A stretch of DNA of 64,000 nucleotides from Diplonema japonicum. Lineage: Eukaryota; Protista; Euglenozoa: Diplonemea. The first letter of the stretch is position 1, and every line of letters starts with the position of its first letter. Both the position numbers and the translations under genes were made by a program. The stretch lies in assembly GCA_964019335.1 (NCBI GenBank), contig OZ025720.1, forward strand, positions 310,001 to 374,000. Reading direction: 5' to 3'. The notes below the pieces were generated by a model that saw only the letters and a list, made by a program, of their open reading frames with translations, made no database searches and was not told the origin of the DNA. Positions 11,136-22,903 of the stretch are shown in pieces.

Positions 11136-11138
<3 letters not shown>
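9127..11138 (-). CDS. CAMK-like pseudokinase with C-terminal RIIa/Dpy-30-like docking helix; introns 10046-10001, 9879-9834, 9744-9542, 9341-9239
   Basis: Kinase fold (NEIGVLKLLDHRHVLKL, YTAPE, ADVYS), but HRD is HRN and DFG is AGF. Four GT-AG introns give one frame through LQQLMEDMLVYLLGSHPE to SVIQQSGD*. Confidence 0.8.
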
Positions 11139-11173
<35 letters not shown>

Positions 11174-12099
11174 CCCGAAAATTATCTCTTATCCCCCTCC
11201 CCTTCTCACACCCCGTTCTGTTTGTGTTAGGTGTGTGTGCCCCTTTGGATGGAAGTGATGGGATTTGAGTGGGAAAAAAAAAAAAAAAAAAAAAAAACGA
11301 TGCTATTTGGTGGTGTAAAAGTCCTTCCTCACCACCGCTTGCACCATTGTCCCACTCTCCTTCCTTTCGGGCATTAAAAAAAAAAAGGAAAAAAAGGGAA
11401 TGAAAGTGGGATAGAGAGGCTTATGCAGAAAGAGGGAAGGGGAGAAGAAAAGGGAGTGGGAGAACGTGTTAAGAACGACCCCCCCCCACCAGCAGGAAAA
11501 AAAAATGAAAAAAAATGGAAGAAATTGGAAATAAAAAAAAAAATGGCGTTAAAGTCAGAAAAAACCAGGAACCCTTGTCGCCAAGACCTTTCTCTCCTTC
11601 TTTTTTTTTCCGCTCTATTTTTTTTTTTTTTTTTCCTTGTTTTTTTTTTTTCTTTCTTCTTTTCTTCTTCTGCTCCCTTGTATATCCTATGGCATTTCTT
11701 TTTTTTTTACCTCCTCTTTTTTTTTCCCCACTTTCTTTCCCCTATTCTTTTTGCTGTTTTTTTTTTTTTTTTTTTAACTCTTCCCGTAAAAAAAAAAAAA
11801 AAAAAAGGCAATGAGGGACAAGATAAAGAGAGGAAGAACAAGTGAAGGGAAAAAGAAAACAAAAAAAACAAAAAAAAAAAAGGGAGGGCGCAATAAAAGC
11901 CACGAAATGGGAACAGGCAGGAAAGGGAGGGGTGGGGGAATGTATAAGCCAAAAGAAAAAAAAAGGGAGCGACTAGGCCCCCCTGTCTCTTTTGTTGCCT
12001 CTCCCTTATCAGTTAAACAAGTTATAACTTTTTTTTCTTTTTTGTAAGCATCGCGGGTGTATTCTACCTAGTTAAAATTCACAACGACACTGGCCAATT

Positions 12100-12132
<33 letters not shown>

Positions 12133-12202
12133 TCTCAACAATTTGTTGAAACAAAAAAAAGGGGGGGGAAAGGGAAGGGTGAAGGGCTTTTATTTTGCTA
12201 CG

Positions 12203-12235
<33 letters not shown>

Positions 12236-12976
12236 TAGTGGAATAAAAAACTGAGTGAATAAAACAAAAAAAAAACAAAAAAAAAAAAAAAAAAAAAACA
12301 AGGGTAAGGGGGAGGGAGCAGGGACACTCGAAAGATGTAACTAAGGTAGAAGTATGAATGTGTTACCCAAATAAACAGAAAGGAATGAAAACAGGTTTTC
12401 ATACACGGTAAACTTTGTATTTTTAAAAAACTTCTTTTTTGTTGTGGCAAATACATAAGGAGTTTGTAGGCATATTATTTCTCCCTCCTTGAGGCCTACT
12501 CTGTCATCTTTCTTTGAAAAAAAAAAATAGCTGATGGAAATAGTGAACTTTTCAAATACTTTGTCCCCCACCCTCTTTTGTTCTTGTTCATTCCTCTTTA
12601 ATTGATTGGCACCCGTTATCGCGAGACCAAAGGAGTGGGAAAGAAGAAAGGGGAGGGGAAGAGAGGGGGCACAGGGCTCTTCTATAATATATTCAAAAAA
12701 AAAAAAAACCCCCCCAAGGTAAGGGTTGATCGTACTAGCCTGGAAGCAGGGTGGTGAAGAAAAAAAAAAAGAAAAAAAAAAGGTAGAGTGGTGAAGAAAA
12801 AAAAAGTAAAAAAAAATTAGGGAGGGAGGGGAGGAATCTGTTGCCAAAAGGATATCCTCTTTTTTTTTAAATTATTTTTTTTTGATTGTTTTTCTCCCCC
12901 CTCTTCCCCAATCCCTCATTAATCTTTTCTTCCCCCCTCCCCCCCTTTTTTTTTCTCTCTCTCTCTCTCTTTTATT

Positions 12977-13026
12977 CTAGTGCATATTGTTCTGAGGTGA
13001 AGGCCCCTTGTTCGGGAAATACCCCT

Positions 13027-13061
<35 letters not shown>

Positions 13062-13842
13062 AAAAACACACCTTGGGATAACCCTTCTTGGACATTTCCT
13101 GCTCGTGCTGAGCAGTGCAACACCCAAGCATAAGATGGTACAGGAAGTCGGCGATGTGTTCGAGCCAGTCATTTCCCGTGATGCAGGCCGCGATTTGACA
13201 GAAGCACATCAGGGCGAAAAAGATTTTGTCGCAGCAAGTATTTTCAAGCCCGTAGTGGACTTGAACCATGAAACGGTTACCATGGACAGCACAGCCGGGG
13301 CAACAGCAGGACTCAAGAGCGAGGCAGCAGCATTCGTTGCCACGTGTGCACTTTGTCATGCCCTCTGTGCAAGACGTCCCCCAGATCCCACCGCAGCACC
13401 TGTAGTACTGCCAGTTGTTCTCGTCCCGGTCGATCATGAGAAGCTTCTTCCTCTGAAGGAATGCTGCACAGCAGCAGCAGAAGAAGCCCCCCATGCACCA
13501 TAGCGGCTGGTGGAACCCAGCGCACAGAAGTGGCACCTCCCACTTTGCCTTGTAGCTTTCCAGCATCTCCCCCTGCTGCTCCTTGTCAGGAGGGGCGTAC
13601 CATGCTGGTGTGTTGTTCACATTAGATGCCCCACCAGACGGCGGGGGCCTCGCATTGGGCAACGGCTGCTGCTGCACCACGTGTCCTTGCTGCGGGTACG
13701 GCTGCCCTTGAGGGTACTGCTGGTACGCAGGCTGCTGAGGAGGGTACCCTTGCTGCTGAGCGGGGTACCCCTGCTGAGCGGGATATCCCTGCTGCTGCTG
13801 CACAGGGTAGCCTTGTTGAACCGGGTAACCTTGCTGTGCCAT
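12977..13842 (-). CDS. PLAC8/Cys-rich membrane protein with N-terminal QQGYP repeats; intron 13071-13025
   Basis: WCMGGFFCCCCAAFLQRKKLL, CCCPGCAVHGNR, GCCTAQHEQEM. Spliced end YPKGYFPNKGPSPQNNMH*. Confidence 0.8.
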
Positions 13843-13876
13843 TTTTTTTTTTTTTTTGTGTTCTTTTTATATCTAC

Positions 13877-13930
13877 CTGGAAAATATTTAGAGGGGAATA
13901 AGAAGAAGAGAAAAAGAAAAGCTGAGAAGG
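13877..13930 (-). promoter_or_regulatory. Putative SL trans-splice acceptor (polypyrimidine tract plus AG) in the 100-bp spacer upstream of the PLAC8 gene
   Basis: Minus strand reads CTTTTTCTTTTTCTCTTCTTCTTATTCCCCTCTAAATATTTTCCAG, followed by an A-rich leader and ATG. Confidence 0.5.
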
Positions 13931-13942
13931 ATAAAATTAAGA

Positions 13943-15511
13943 TTAGAAAGCTCCTTTCTGTATCAACAGGTCGATCTCCTTCGCCCGCACCTGCCTCTCT
14001 CTTACCAGAGTGTCCTTACGCCGCTTGGCCACCTCTGCTTCGTGCAGCGTGGACTGCAGCGTCGTGCGCAAGTCGCTTAGCTTCTTACGCTCAGCAGCTT
14101 TCTTGTTTTCCTGCTCCATGTTGAGCGTGTACTTCACGATGGTGGACTTCATGTGCCTGGAAAGGCCTTGAGCCGCACCTTGAGACGCAGCGATGCGGGA
14201 GAGATAAAGTCGGCATGCTTCTTGCCGCCACATCTCTGTCACGGTTGTCTCTGTCTGTCTGTTGCACAGCACAGCTTTGGTGTGCTCGAGTTCTGCGGTG
14301 AATATCTTTTGCTTCTCCCTAAGCAGCTCGGCGCCGTGGGCTAACTTCAGCACTGCATCGATGTCCTGTCGCTGCTTGACGTCCTTGTCGCGGATGTCAT
14401 CCCTTGTAGCTTGTTCTAGGAACTTCACCCGCAGCCTTCCTTCGATCTCTCTGTCGTGCAGCTTGCTTTTTAAATCGAGTATATTCTCTTCCGCGCGTAG
14501 TGTCTCTGCTGCGAGGCGTTGTGCCTCTCTCTTCTCGTCCTTGACCCGTGCCTCCCCTGCATCCATCCTCTTTAGAACCCCTCGGAACTGTTCAACGCTG
14601 TCTGCAAATTCTTTCTGTACCTCCCTTTCTTTTTTTCGAAGAAGCCTTCTGTTCCTGTCCACCAGGTACCCTGTTTCGCGCAGCGGGTTAGCTGGTTTGG
14701 CGTTCAGTACCAACGACCTCGCCTCTCGTACCGTCATCTGCCTAGGCGCCGCCGACTGCAGCAAAATCTTGAAAAACGGGAGCTTCTCGGCGCCGGCTGA
14801 ACTGGTGACGGTGTTGAGGCGGCCGTAACGAAGCTCGTTCGCCTGCAGAAAGGAGGCCTCCGCTCGCCGCTCAAGATCCCTTTTGCACATTTTGCATCGT
14901 TTTATGTACTCCTTTGAAAGTTGGTGTATCCCGTGCAGCTCACAAGAACGCCCCTTTGCAACAGCGAACAGCGTGTCCAGCCCTATCAATGGTTCCGTTG
15001 ACGGTGGGGAGAATTTGCTGAAAAACGCTTTGCGCAAGATGTACACTGCTGGAAGGTCGTTCCTGCCCTCCCACAGAGTCTCCAAACCCTCTCCTGGGTA
15101 TGCGAGGAATGCGGATTTCAGTAGAGCCCTGATGCCTAGAGATGCAGGGGTTAAGTCCCCCAGATACTGTAGGCCTTTGAGCGAAGTGTTTTCGGGTGAG
15201 CTCACCACACACCTTGCCAGTGCAACTAGGGAGGCGGCTACAGGTGCGATTATTCTGTACTGTGCTAGGCTTGCGGCTTTCTGGAGCTCAGCTTCAGTCA
15301 CCATGACCGCTTTCGACTGGGTGTTCCCTCGTAGCAATGAGTCTTCGCCTGTCTTTCTCTTCACTCTGCTTAAGTCGCATCCCAACCCTAGCCTGAACCC
15401 GTCTATAAGTATCGAGACTGTTCTGTCAACTTCCCTGCAGTACCTCCTGCTTGTCCTGTCGGTTCGAGATGTTATGAACTGCAGCAAGTTGTTTGTAGAG
15501 GGATTTTCCAT
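13943..15511 (-). CDS. Hypothetical protein with long C-terminal coiled coil (522 aa)
   Basis: Long uninterrupted ORF with A-run before the ATG and E/K/R/L heptad-like C-terminal half. No recognised family motif. Confidence 0.7.
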   Translation of the reverse strand: MENPSTNNLLQFITSRTDRTSRRYCREVDRTVSILIDGFRLGLGCDLSRVKRKTGEDSLLRGNTQSKAVMVTEAELQKAASLAQYRIIAPVAASLVALARCVVSSPENTSLKGLQYLGDLTPASLGIRALLKSAFLAYPGEGLETLWEGRNDLPAVYILRKAFFSKFSPPSTEPLIGLDTLFAVAKGRSCELHGIHQLSKEYIKRCKMCKRDLERRAEASFLQANELRYGRLNTVTSSAGAEKLPFFKILLQSAAPRQMTVREARSLVLNAKPANPLRETGYLVDRNRRLLRKKEREVQKEFADSVEQFRGVLKRMDAGEARVKDEKREAQRLAAETLRAEENILDLKSKLHDREIEGRLRVKFLEQATRDDIRDKDVKQRQDIDAVLKLAHGAELLREKQKIFTAELEHTKAVLCNRQTETTVTEMWRQEACRLYLSRIAASQGAAQGLSRHMKSTIVKYTLNMEQENKKAAERKKLSDLRTTLQSTLHEAEVAKRRKDTLVRERQVRAKEIDLLIQKGAF

Positions 15512-15565
15512 TTTTTTTCTTTCCTCCCCCCTTTTTTTTTTCGCTTCTCGTATTTTGGAGCATAT

Positions 15566-16601
15566 GAGCTCGTCCGGAAAAAAATGTCACAAATGACCCT
15601 CTTTTGCAACGGAAAATCCTCGGAAAATTTCTAAGTACAAAAGTAGTCCGACACCACTTTGTGTGCAGAAATGCAGTCTAAGCTTGAACACCACATAGGT
15701 CACAATGCGCGCCGTTTGTTTCATTTCTAAAACGCGCGTGCAAAAACATGCTTTTTTAGAATGGTTTTTTTTTAGTTTTTGGCATCCGGAAATTGTAAAT
15801 GACCCAGGCTCCATATTTATTTTTGTTTTCTTCAAATGAAAAGCGAGAAGAAATGGACACAGATGGGAAATCTGTGAAACTTAAGGGGTCATTTTGGGTG
15901 GTTTGGGCTCTTTATCACTATTAAAATGGGGTGGGGAAATACTGCCATTTTGGCCTATTTTAGGTTACAATGCCCATTTTAGGCTAAAATCTCTTAAGGG
16001 CCCTTTAAAAGCAAACTTCTCAATTTTTAATTTGTCATGAGTAAGAAAAAAAAATGACAAACCTCAGCAGATGGGTAGAGAATGCATATTTGACCCCCAA
16101 AGATACCGATGTTGAACAGGCAAGTGTTAAGAATTGGGTTTTCAAGAAAATGGGCCTTTTAGGCCCACTCCCTCAGGAACCCCTCGAAAAAGCAAAAAAT
16201 AGGGCTAAAAAACCCGGTTTTTTGGGGCTATGCAACGCCATATATTTTTCGCTAAGTACTTTTAACAGTAACCCGACCCTGGGTTGTACCCAGGGGTCAC
16301 AAAGGTGTGTGTTCACCACTTTTATGCACCCTAGGTGCTGCGTTTCAAGCTTTTAAACTGCATTTTAAACATTTTTCGTCGTTTTTCTGACCTCTGTTTT
16401 TCGCTTCCCGGGGGCTGCCGGTTGCAAAGCCTGCCACCCTCATGGCAAAACAAGCATCGCAATTGAAAGAACGGCGTCATGTACACCATATATGTCATCT
16501 TCCTATGGTTGCACTGCTGCCCTTTTTTTGCTCAAATAATCAAAACAAGAAATTTTCGGAGGTGCCCAAAAAAGCGTTGACATTTTTTTCCGGACGAGCT
16601 C
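15566..16601. mobile_element. Non-autonomous TIR element (MITE), 1036 bp, GAG..CTC termini, ATAT flanks
   Basis: Perfect 24-bp TIR GAGCTCGTCCGGAAAAAAATGTCA (15566-15589 and 16578-16601). ATAT at 15562-15565 and 16602-16605. Interior largely lacks the host-type long homopolymers and has no long ORF. Confidence 0.85.
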
Positions 16602-16755
16602 ATATAAAAAAAAAAAGTTGTCTTCTGAAGGAACAAAAAACCAAAAAAAAAAAAAAAAAAAAGGAGAGAGGGAAATGAAAAAAAAAAAAAAAATGAAAAA
16701 GTACTTTTGTCCCGTTTGGAAAAGAGCAGGCCGGTAATTTGAGATAGAAAACAAA

Positions 16756-16792
<37 letters not shown>

Positions 16793-17002
16793 AATTATTT
16801 TAGCGTGTGAAATTTACCGGTTTGCAACAAAAGACATCCAACGTCACCTTAAACTCGAAGCACCCAAGAGTGCTACAAAGGTGAGCCGCCGACTGGTGTG
16901 TGTTCACTATCTTTCTTTTTCTTTCTTGTAAACAAGAAGTTCTAGTATTCTTTTTTTTTCTTTTTAAATAAAGCATTTCTCGTGTATTTTTGAAGAAAAG
17001 AG

Positions 17003-17190
17003 TTCTTGCACATAACGCAAGCCCTTACAAGTCTTACAGTTTGCCATGCGACCGTGACAGATGTCACTCGGGCACAGCGATAGGGGGTTGTATAGTCACC
17101 TTGTTGTGTCTCATGAGGACGAGGCACTAAACAAAGTCGGGTAATGGAAAAGTGAGTGCCTGCACGGCCTCACAGATTCAGAAAAAAGAT
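17003..17190. repeat. Conserved non-coding block downstream of MCO genes (other copies about 19797-20055, 22577-22720, 25238-25450)
   Basis: Shared string: short GTGAC..GTCAC hairpin, CACAGCGA, TTGTATAGTCAC, TTGTTGTG, CTCAT, GACGAGG, GGTAATG. Confidence 0.85.
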
Positions 17191-17419
17191 ACCGTAACTT
17201 ACATAAACCTAGGGAATCTGAAAAAGTTTTTGCCAGACCTTCATTCCTTAAAATACGGTAAAATAAGAGATGGTAAAACAGAGAGGAAGAAAGAAAAGAA
17301 CAAAGTAAAAAAGGGGGGGAACCCCTTAGAAACAGATATTCTATGTTGAACTATAAGGGTGATTGTGTATTCCTTCACCATGGCACAAAAGTATTAGAAG
17401 GAAGAAATAGAAAAAGAAA

Positions 17420-19192
17420 TCACAATAAAACAGAGAAGAGAGTGAGAAGGAAAACAGAGAACACAACAGGGGCAAGTGACGAGCCATGGTCCTTTACAAC
17501 TCCAGCAGGTGCAGGTGGTTTTCCAGGTGTTGCTGTTCTTGTCCCTGGCCGAGGGTTCCCGCAGTCCTTGATGTTCATGAGGGACATCATCCCACGGTCC
17601 TCGTGCTGCAGAAGGTGGCAGTGCAGCACAACCTCCCCGACGAAAGCACTGGGGCGCATCCTAATGAGGGTTCCCACTCCCTTCCAGGTAGGGGCTACAT
17701 CCCTCCACTCCCCGTCCCTCAGCACCATCCCGGTGTTGTCCTTTCCGTCGATCACTTGGAAATGGTTCACATGCTGGTGGTAAGGATGGAAAGTATCCTT
17801 GGACAGCACCGGCCCGTTGGGGCTATGCTTGTCCTTCCCGTTCCCCCCAAGGGTGAGCTCGTATGTCTGGTCCAAGCAGAACTCCTCTGTGTACCTGTCT
17901 GCTCCAGTGTAGCCCCACCCAGGCCATGCCTTGTCGTTGATCCCATATGTGCCTCCGCTCCTCTTCAACAAGATGGACTTCACCCCCCTCACCCCTCCGA
18001 CCTGTACATTCGCCACGCTTGCCAACGACGTCAAGTACGCCGGAAGAGGTGCCGCTGTGGTGGGGACAGGTGCGCTGCTTCCTGTTGTCACCTTTCTTGT
18101 CACCTGAAGCTTCATCATGCTGGCCTGCGAGAAGGTGTTCTTCGCCGACGGGTTCACAGAAGGAGTCTTCGTTGCCACCATGTTGATGGTGCTGCGGCTC
18201 ACCCCAGCGGGGAGGTTGCACTGCACAGCCACATCAGCACGAGTCCCTTGAATGAGAACAATGGTGGTGAGCTTGAGGTACGGGGTTTGGTGGAAGACAC
18301 CGTCCCTCGCCAGCAGGGTCATCGTGCAGAGCTTTTGAGGGTCATCGAGTTCCATTGTCAGGTGGAACCCATCCCCAGCGTGCACCATGCGCAGGAGTGT
18401 CGCGTCCCCGTCGATCACCTCCACATCAGGGGACAGCACACCGTTCACGACGTAGAAGTTCCCTGTCCCCTTGTTCGGAAGGGTCGTAGAGGCCCACTTC
18501 AGGTTCAGAGGGACAGTCACGTCCTTGTACAGACTCACAAGATCCTTGTGGGTGTAGAAGTCCCATTGCCCACCTCCCTTTCTGTTGGTTCCCATGGCAA
18601 GGTAGTTGAAGATGAGGGGAGGTACTGATGCGGAGTTGTAGAGCCTCTGGAGGTCCAGGGGGAGAGTGTAGGAAGGAGCGGGGTCCACAAGGAGGATGCC
18701 AGCAAGGCCACCAAGGGCTTGGAGAGAAGTGCTCCCATGGTGGTGAGCATGGTACCAGTGTGTCCCCATGAGGTGGTCCCCAGGGACAGTGTAGGTGTAG
18801 GTGTGTTCTTGACCGGGTTGGATGTGGGTGTCGATGTTGTCCTCTTGTGGCGACACGTGAAGCCCGTGCGTGTGGAGTGAGGTGATGTCAGGACAGTGGA
18901 AGCCGTTCTGTCCATCCACCATCGTGCACTGGGGACCCTTCAGCTTGTTCACCACACGCAGGTTGCACACCTCTCCTGCCTGCATGCGGATCGTCGCAGC
19001 AGGGAAGGTGATCTCCCCATCGACACGGTACACACGGGACTGGAACTGCACCACGCCCTTCACTACAACATCAGCAACCTCCACCTCCATCAGAATTGTT
19101 TTTCTGCCAGTGCAAGTCACTTCACGCACCCGAGGGACAGGGACACCTTCTCCCAGTGAACAGAGCAGCAGCAGACCAAACACAGAACGCAT
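17420..19192 (-). CDS. Three-domain multicopper oxidase 1 (laccase/CueO-like), signal peptide and GPI-like C-terminal tail
   Basis: All four Cu motifs: LHTHG, WYHAH, HPYHQH, HCHLLQHEDRGMM. Hydrophobic N- and C-termini. Intronless. Confidence 0.95.
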   Translation of the reverse strand: MRSVFGLLLLCSLGEGVPVPRVREVTCTGRKTILMEVEVADVVVKGVVQFQSRVYRVDGEITFPAATIRMQAGEVCNLRVVNKLKGPQCTMVDGQNGFHCPDITSLHTHGLHVSPQEDNIDTHIQPGQEHTYTYTVPGDHLMGTHWYHAHHHGSTSLQALGGLAGILLVDPAPSYTLPLDLQRLYNSASVPPLIFNYLAMGTNRKGGGQWDFYTHKDLVSLYKDVTVPLNLKWASTTLPNKGTGNFYVVNGVLSPDVEVIDGDATLLRMVHAGDGFHLTMELDDPQKLCTMTLLARDGVFHQTPYLKLTTIVLIQGTRADVAVQCNLPAGVSRSTINMVATKTPSVNPSAKNTFSQASMMKLQVTRKVTTGSSAPVPTTAAPLPAYLTSLASVANVQVGGVRGVKSILLKRSGGTYGINDKAWPGWGYTGADRYTEEFCLDQTYELTLGGNGKDKHSPNGPVLSKDTFHPYHQHVNHFQVIDGKDNTGMVLRDGEWRDVAPTWKGVGTLIRMRPSAFVGEVVLHCHLLQHEDRGMMSLMNIKDCGNPRPGTRTATPGKPPAPAGVVKDHGSSLAPVVFSVFLLTLFSVLL

Positions 19193-19777
19193 CTTACACC
19201 CGTTAAAAGCAATATAGCCTGTAATTAAAGTATGAAGTCTTCACTGCTCAGAAAATAATTAAAAAAAAAGCCTTCAAAGGAAGGAAGACACGCCGTGAAG
19301 CCATCTTAAAAGGGGAGATAGAAGAGAGAGGAGGGGTGCCTTGTCCTCTTTCTTTTTCATTTCTATACTTGTGGTTCTCTGACACAAAACGTGTTTGCAA
19401 AGACCACTTCGAAGAAAATAAAAAAAAAGGAGGATGAAGGCATAAAGGCATGGTGTTGTAACGGTAATCCTTGATGGTGATGACGAGATATACCGGACGA
19501 GAGCAACAAAGGATGTCCAACATGGCCTTAAGCACACACGAGTGTCACAAGGTGAAGGGAGGCTACCCCCTTCGCCATCTCTACTGGCTCTCTGGTGCAC
19601 AAGGGCATGCCGACTGGTGTTCATTCAATTCTTTTTTGTTTTTCTCTCTTGTCCACGACAAGATTGAAAGTTCTGTTTATTCTTTTTTTTTCTTCTTTCT
19701 TTTTTCCTCCTTTCTCCCATCAGCTCACAGGACAACGAAACATTGAAGCAAAATAGAAATACCAAATCACTTTTTTT
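18638..19777. repeat. Near-perfect 1.1-kb segmental duplicate of 24077-25216 (5' part of MCO plus upstream spacer)
   Basis: Constant offset of 5439; the ORF-track translations at 19248/24687, 19274/24713 and 19471/24910 are identical. Confidence 0.93.
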
Positions 19778-20217
19778 CCGTGTTTATATCAAAAAGAGTG
19801 CTTGCACATAACGCAGGCCCTATTTGTTTGCCGTGTGCCCTAGTGACTGATGTCACTGGGACACACAGCGAAAGGGGAAGGGAGGGAGGCAGGGGCTTGT
19901 ATAGTCACTTTGTTGTGCCTCATATGGGGACGAGGGGAAAAGAACTAAAAACAAAGTCGGGTAATGGAAAAAGTGTTGGCATGTCTGGGGGGTGGGGGGG
20001 AGTTGGGGTGTGTGAGTTGAGGGCAACGATGCCTGTTGGCTCACAGATTCAGAAGAAGCAATAATTTTGCAAAAAACCCCGGGAAAAGTAACAAAAAAAT
20101 GAAGAGAGGAAGAGAAAATAGGAAGGGAAAGCCATCATTAGAGAAGAAGCATACGTACCAAATCCTTTATCCATAGGCATTTGTAGGAAGGGCTTGAAAG
20201 ACGGAGGAAAAAAGAAA

Positions 20218-21969
20218 TCACAATAAAACAGAGAAGAGAGTGAGAAGAAAAACAGAAAATATAACAGGTGCAAGTGACGAGGCGTGAGATCCCTGACCAG
20301 GAGAAGGCGTTGCAGGGTGCGGCGTGTCGACATAGATACTGGTAGTATTCCCGCAGTCCACGATGTTCATGAGGGACATCATCCCACGGTCCTCGTGCTG
20401 CAGAAGGTGGCAGTGCAGCACAACCTCCCCGACGAAAGCACTGGGGCGCATCCTAATGAGGGTTCCCACTCCCTTCCAGGTAGGGGCTACATCCCTCCAC
20501 TCCCCGTCCCTCAGCACCATCCCGGTGTTGTCCTTTCCGTCGATCACTTGGAAATGGTTCACATGCTGGTGGTAAGGATGGAATGATTCTCCCGACAGAA
20601 TCGGTCCATCGGGGTTGTGCCTGTCTTTCCCGTTCCCCCCAAGGGTGAGCTCGTATGTCTGGTCCAAGCAGAACTCCTCTGTGTACTTGTCGGTTCCATT
20701 ATACCCCCACCCGGGCCACGACATGCCGTTGATGGAGTTCCCCGAGGTGCCGCCTTTCTTCAGCACTATCGACTGCACCCCCCTCACCCCTCCGACCTGA
20801 ACATTCGCCTCGCTCACCAACGATGTCAGGTACGCCGGAAGAGGTGCCGCTGTGGTGGGGACAGGTGCGCTGCTGCTGGTTACCTGAAGCTTCATCATGC
20901 TGGCCTGCGAGAAGGTGTTCTGCTTTGCCGGGTTCACAGAAGGAGTCTTCGTTGCCACCATGTTGACGGTCCTGCGGTACACCCCAGCGGGGAGGTTGCA
21001 CAGCACAGCCACATCAGCACGAGTCCCTTGGATGAGAACAATGGTCGGGATCTGCAGGTATGGTGTCGGTTGGAAGACACCATCCCTCGCCATCAAGGTC
21101 ATCGTGCACAGCCCTTCAGGGTCATCGAGCTCCATTGTCAGATGGAACCCATCCCCAGCGTGCACCATGCGCAGGAGTGTCGCGTCCCCGTCGATCACCT
21201 CCACATCAGGGGACAGCACACCGTTCACGACATAGAAGTTCCCTGTCCCCTTGTTCGGAAGGGTCGTAGAGGCCCACTTCAGGTTCAGAGGGACAGTCAC
21301 GTTCTTGTACAAGTCCACAAGGCTCGTGTGGGTGTTGTGTTTCCATCGATCATTTCCACGGCCTTTTCCCAAGGCAAGGTAGTTCAAGATGAGGGGAGGT
21401 ACTGATGCGAAATTGTAGAGCCTCTGGAGGTCCAGGGGGAGAGTGTAGGAAGGAGCAGGGTCCACAAGGAGGATGCCAGCAAGGCCACCAAGGACTTGAA
21501 GGGCGGTGCTCCCATGGTGGTGAGCATGGTACCAGTGTGTCCCCATGAGGTGGTCCCCAGGGACAGTGTAGGTGTAGGTGTGTTCTTGACCGGGTTGGAT
21601 GTGGGTGTCGATGTTGTCCTCTTGTGGCGACACGTGAAGCCCGTGCGTGTGGAGTGAGGTGATGTCAGGACAGTGGAAGCCGTTCTGTCCATCCACCATC
21701 GTGCACTGGGGACCCTTCAGCTTGTTCACCACACGCAGGTTGCACACCTCTCCTGCCTGCATGCGGATCGTCGCAGCAGGGAAGGTGATCTCCCCATCGA
21801 CACGGTACACACGGGACTGGAACTGCACCACACCGTCCACAGCCACATTGCCTTCCTCCACCTCCATCAGAATTGTTTTCCCGGCAGTGCAAGTCACCTC
21901 ACGCACCATAGGAAGGGCGGCACCTTCTCCCAGTGAACAGAGCAGCAGCAGACCAAACACAACACGCAT
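20218..21969 (-). CDS. Multicopper oxidase 2, signal peptide and GPI-like tail
   Basis: Same four Cu-binding motifs; paralogue of MCO1. Confidence 0.95.
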   Translation of the reverse strand: MRVVFGLLLLCSLGEGAALPMVREVTCTAGKTILMEVEEGNVAVDGVVQFQSRVYRVDGEITFPAATIRMQAGEVCNLRVVNKLKGPQCTMVDGQNGFHCPDITSLHTHGLHVSPQEDNIDTHIQPGQEHTYTYTVPGDHLMGTHWYHAHHHGSTALQVLGGLAGILLVDPAPSYTLPLDLQRLYNFASVPPLILNYLALGKGRGNDRWKHNTHTSLVDLYKNVTVPLNLKWASTTLPNKGTGNFYVVNGVLSPDVEVIDGDATLLRMVHAGDGFHLTMELDDPEGLCTMTLMARDGVFQPTPYLQIPTIVLIQGTRADVAVLCNLPAGVYRRTVNMVATKTPSVNPAKQNTFSQASMMKLQVTSSSAPVPTTAAPLPAYLTSLVSEANVQVGGVRGVQSIVLKKGGTSGNSINGMSWPGWGYNGTDKYTEEFCLDQTYELTLGGNGKDRHNPDGPILSGESFHPYHQHVNHFQVIDGKDNTGMVLRDGEWRDVAPTWKGVGTLIRMRPSAFVGEVVLHCHLLQHEDRGMMSLMNIVDCGNTTSIYVDTPHPATPSPGQGSHASSLAPVIFSVFLLTLFSVLL

Positions 21970-22903
21970 TTTTGCACTCTTGTCAAGTTGTCTTTTTTTT
22001 TTAAATCTGTTGAGTTGAACATGCAGCCTTCAAGGTTTCAGTAGAAGAAGGGAGGTGGCGCCTTTGACACCGAAGAGAGAAAGTTAGAAAAAAGATAAGG
22101 GGGGTGTTCTTGTCCGACCTTTTTTTCTTTTGTTTCTCATTTTCGTTTCCCGAGGACATAAACAATAGAAATCCGGCATTTGCCTAGCAACGAGGGGCTG
22201 CAGGTGAAGGGGGTCACCCCCTGATCACCTCATACAGGCCGTCGTTGCATAGGCTCGCCGATTGCAGTTCATGTGGTCCTATTGAAACAAAACTGCTTCA
22301 AAGTAAGCGCGTTGTGGCGCTCACAGCCTGCAAAGTAAATGAAGAGAGAGCATAACGAATTTTGGTACTTCTTTTTTAACTTGGACAAGAGGCAAACAAA
22401 AGGGGAGGAGGGGTGGGGAGGGACCATGCTTAATCACCTTTTATGTTTATGGAGGGGAAAAGGGAAATCTGCACATAATGCAATGCAACCCTTTTCTCAT
22501 TCTTTTCTTGTTTCCGTTCTGTTAGAAGATCTTATTTTATCTTCTCTTTTTTTTTTTTTCAGATTGCCGTATGCCTGAGTGACTGATGTCACTAGGGCAC
22601 ACAGCGAAAGGGGAAGGGAGGGAAACAGGGGCTTGTATAGTCACTTTGTTGTGCCTCATGGTGACGAGGGGGAAAAAAAAAACAAAGGCAGGTAATGAAA
22701 AGGTGTTGCATGTCGAGGGGGGGGGGGGGGGGGGGCGGAAGAAAATTTTAAAAAAATGTAAGATGGCACACTTTTTTTTTTTTTTTTCCAGAAAGACAAC
22801 GAAGCAGAGATCAAAATGAGACGAATAATATGAGTAAAGGAAAAAGAAAAGGAATTCTGATGAGAGAGACGGATGCAAAATTTTAAACAATAAGGAATAA
22901 AAT

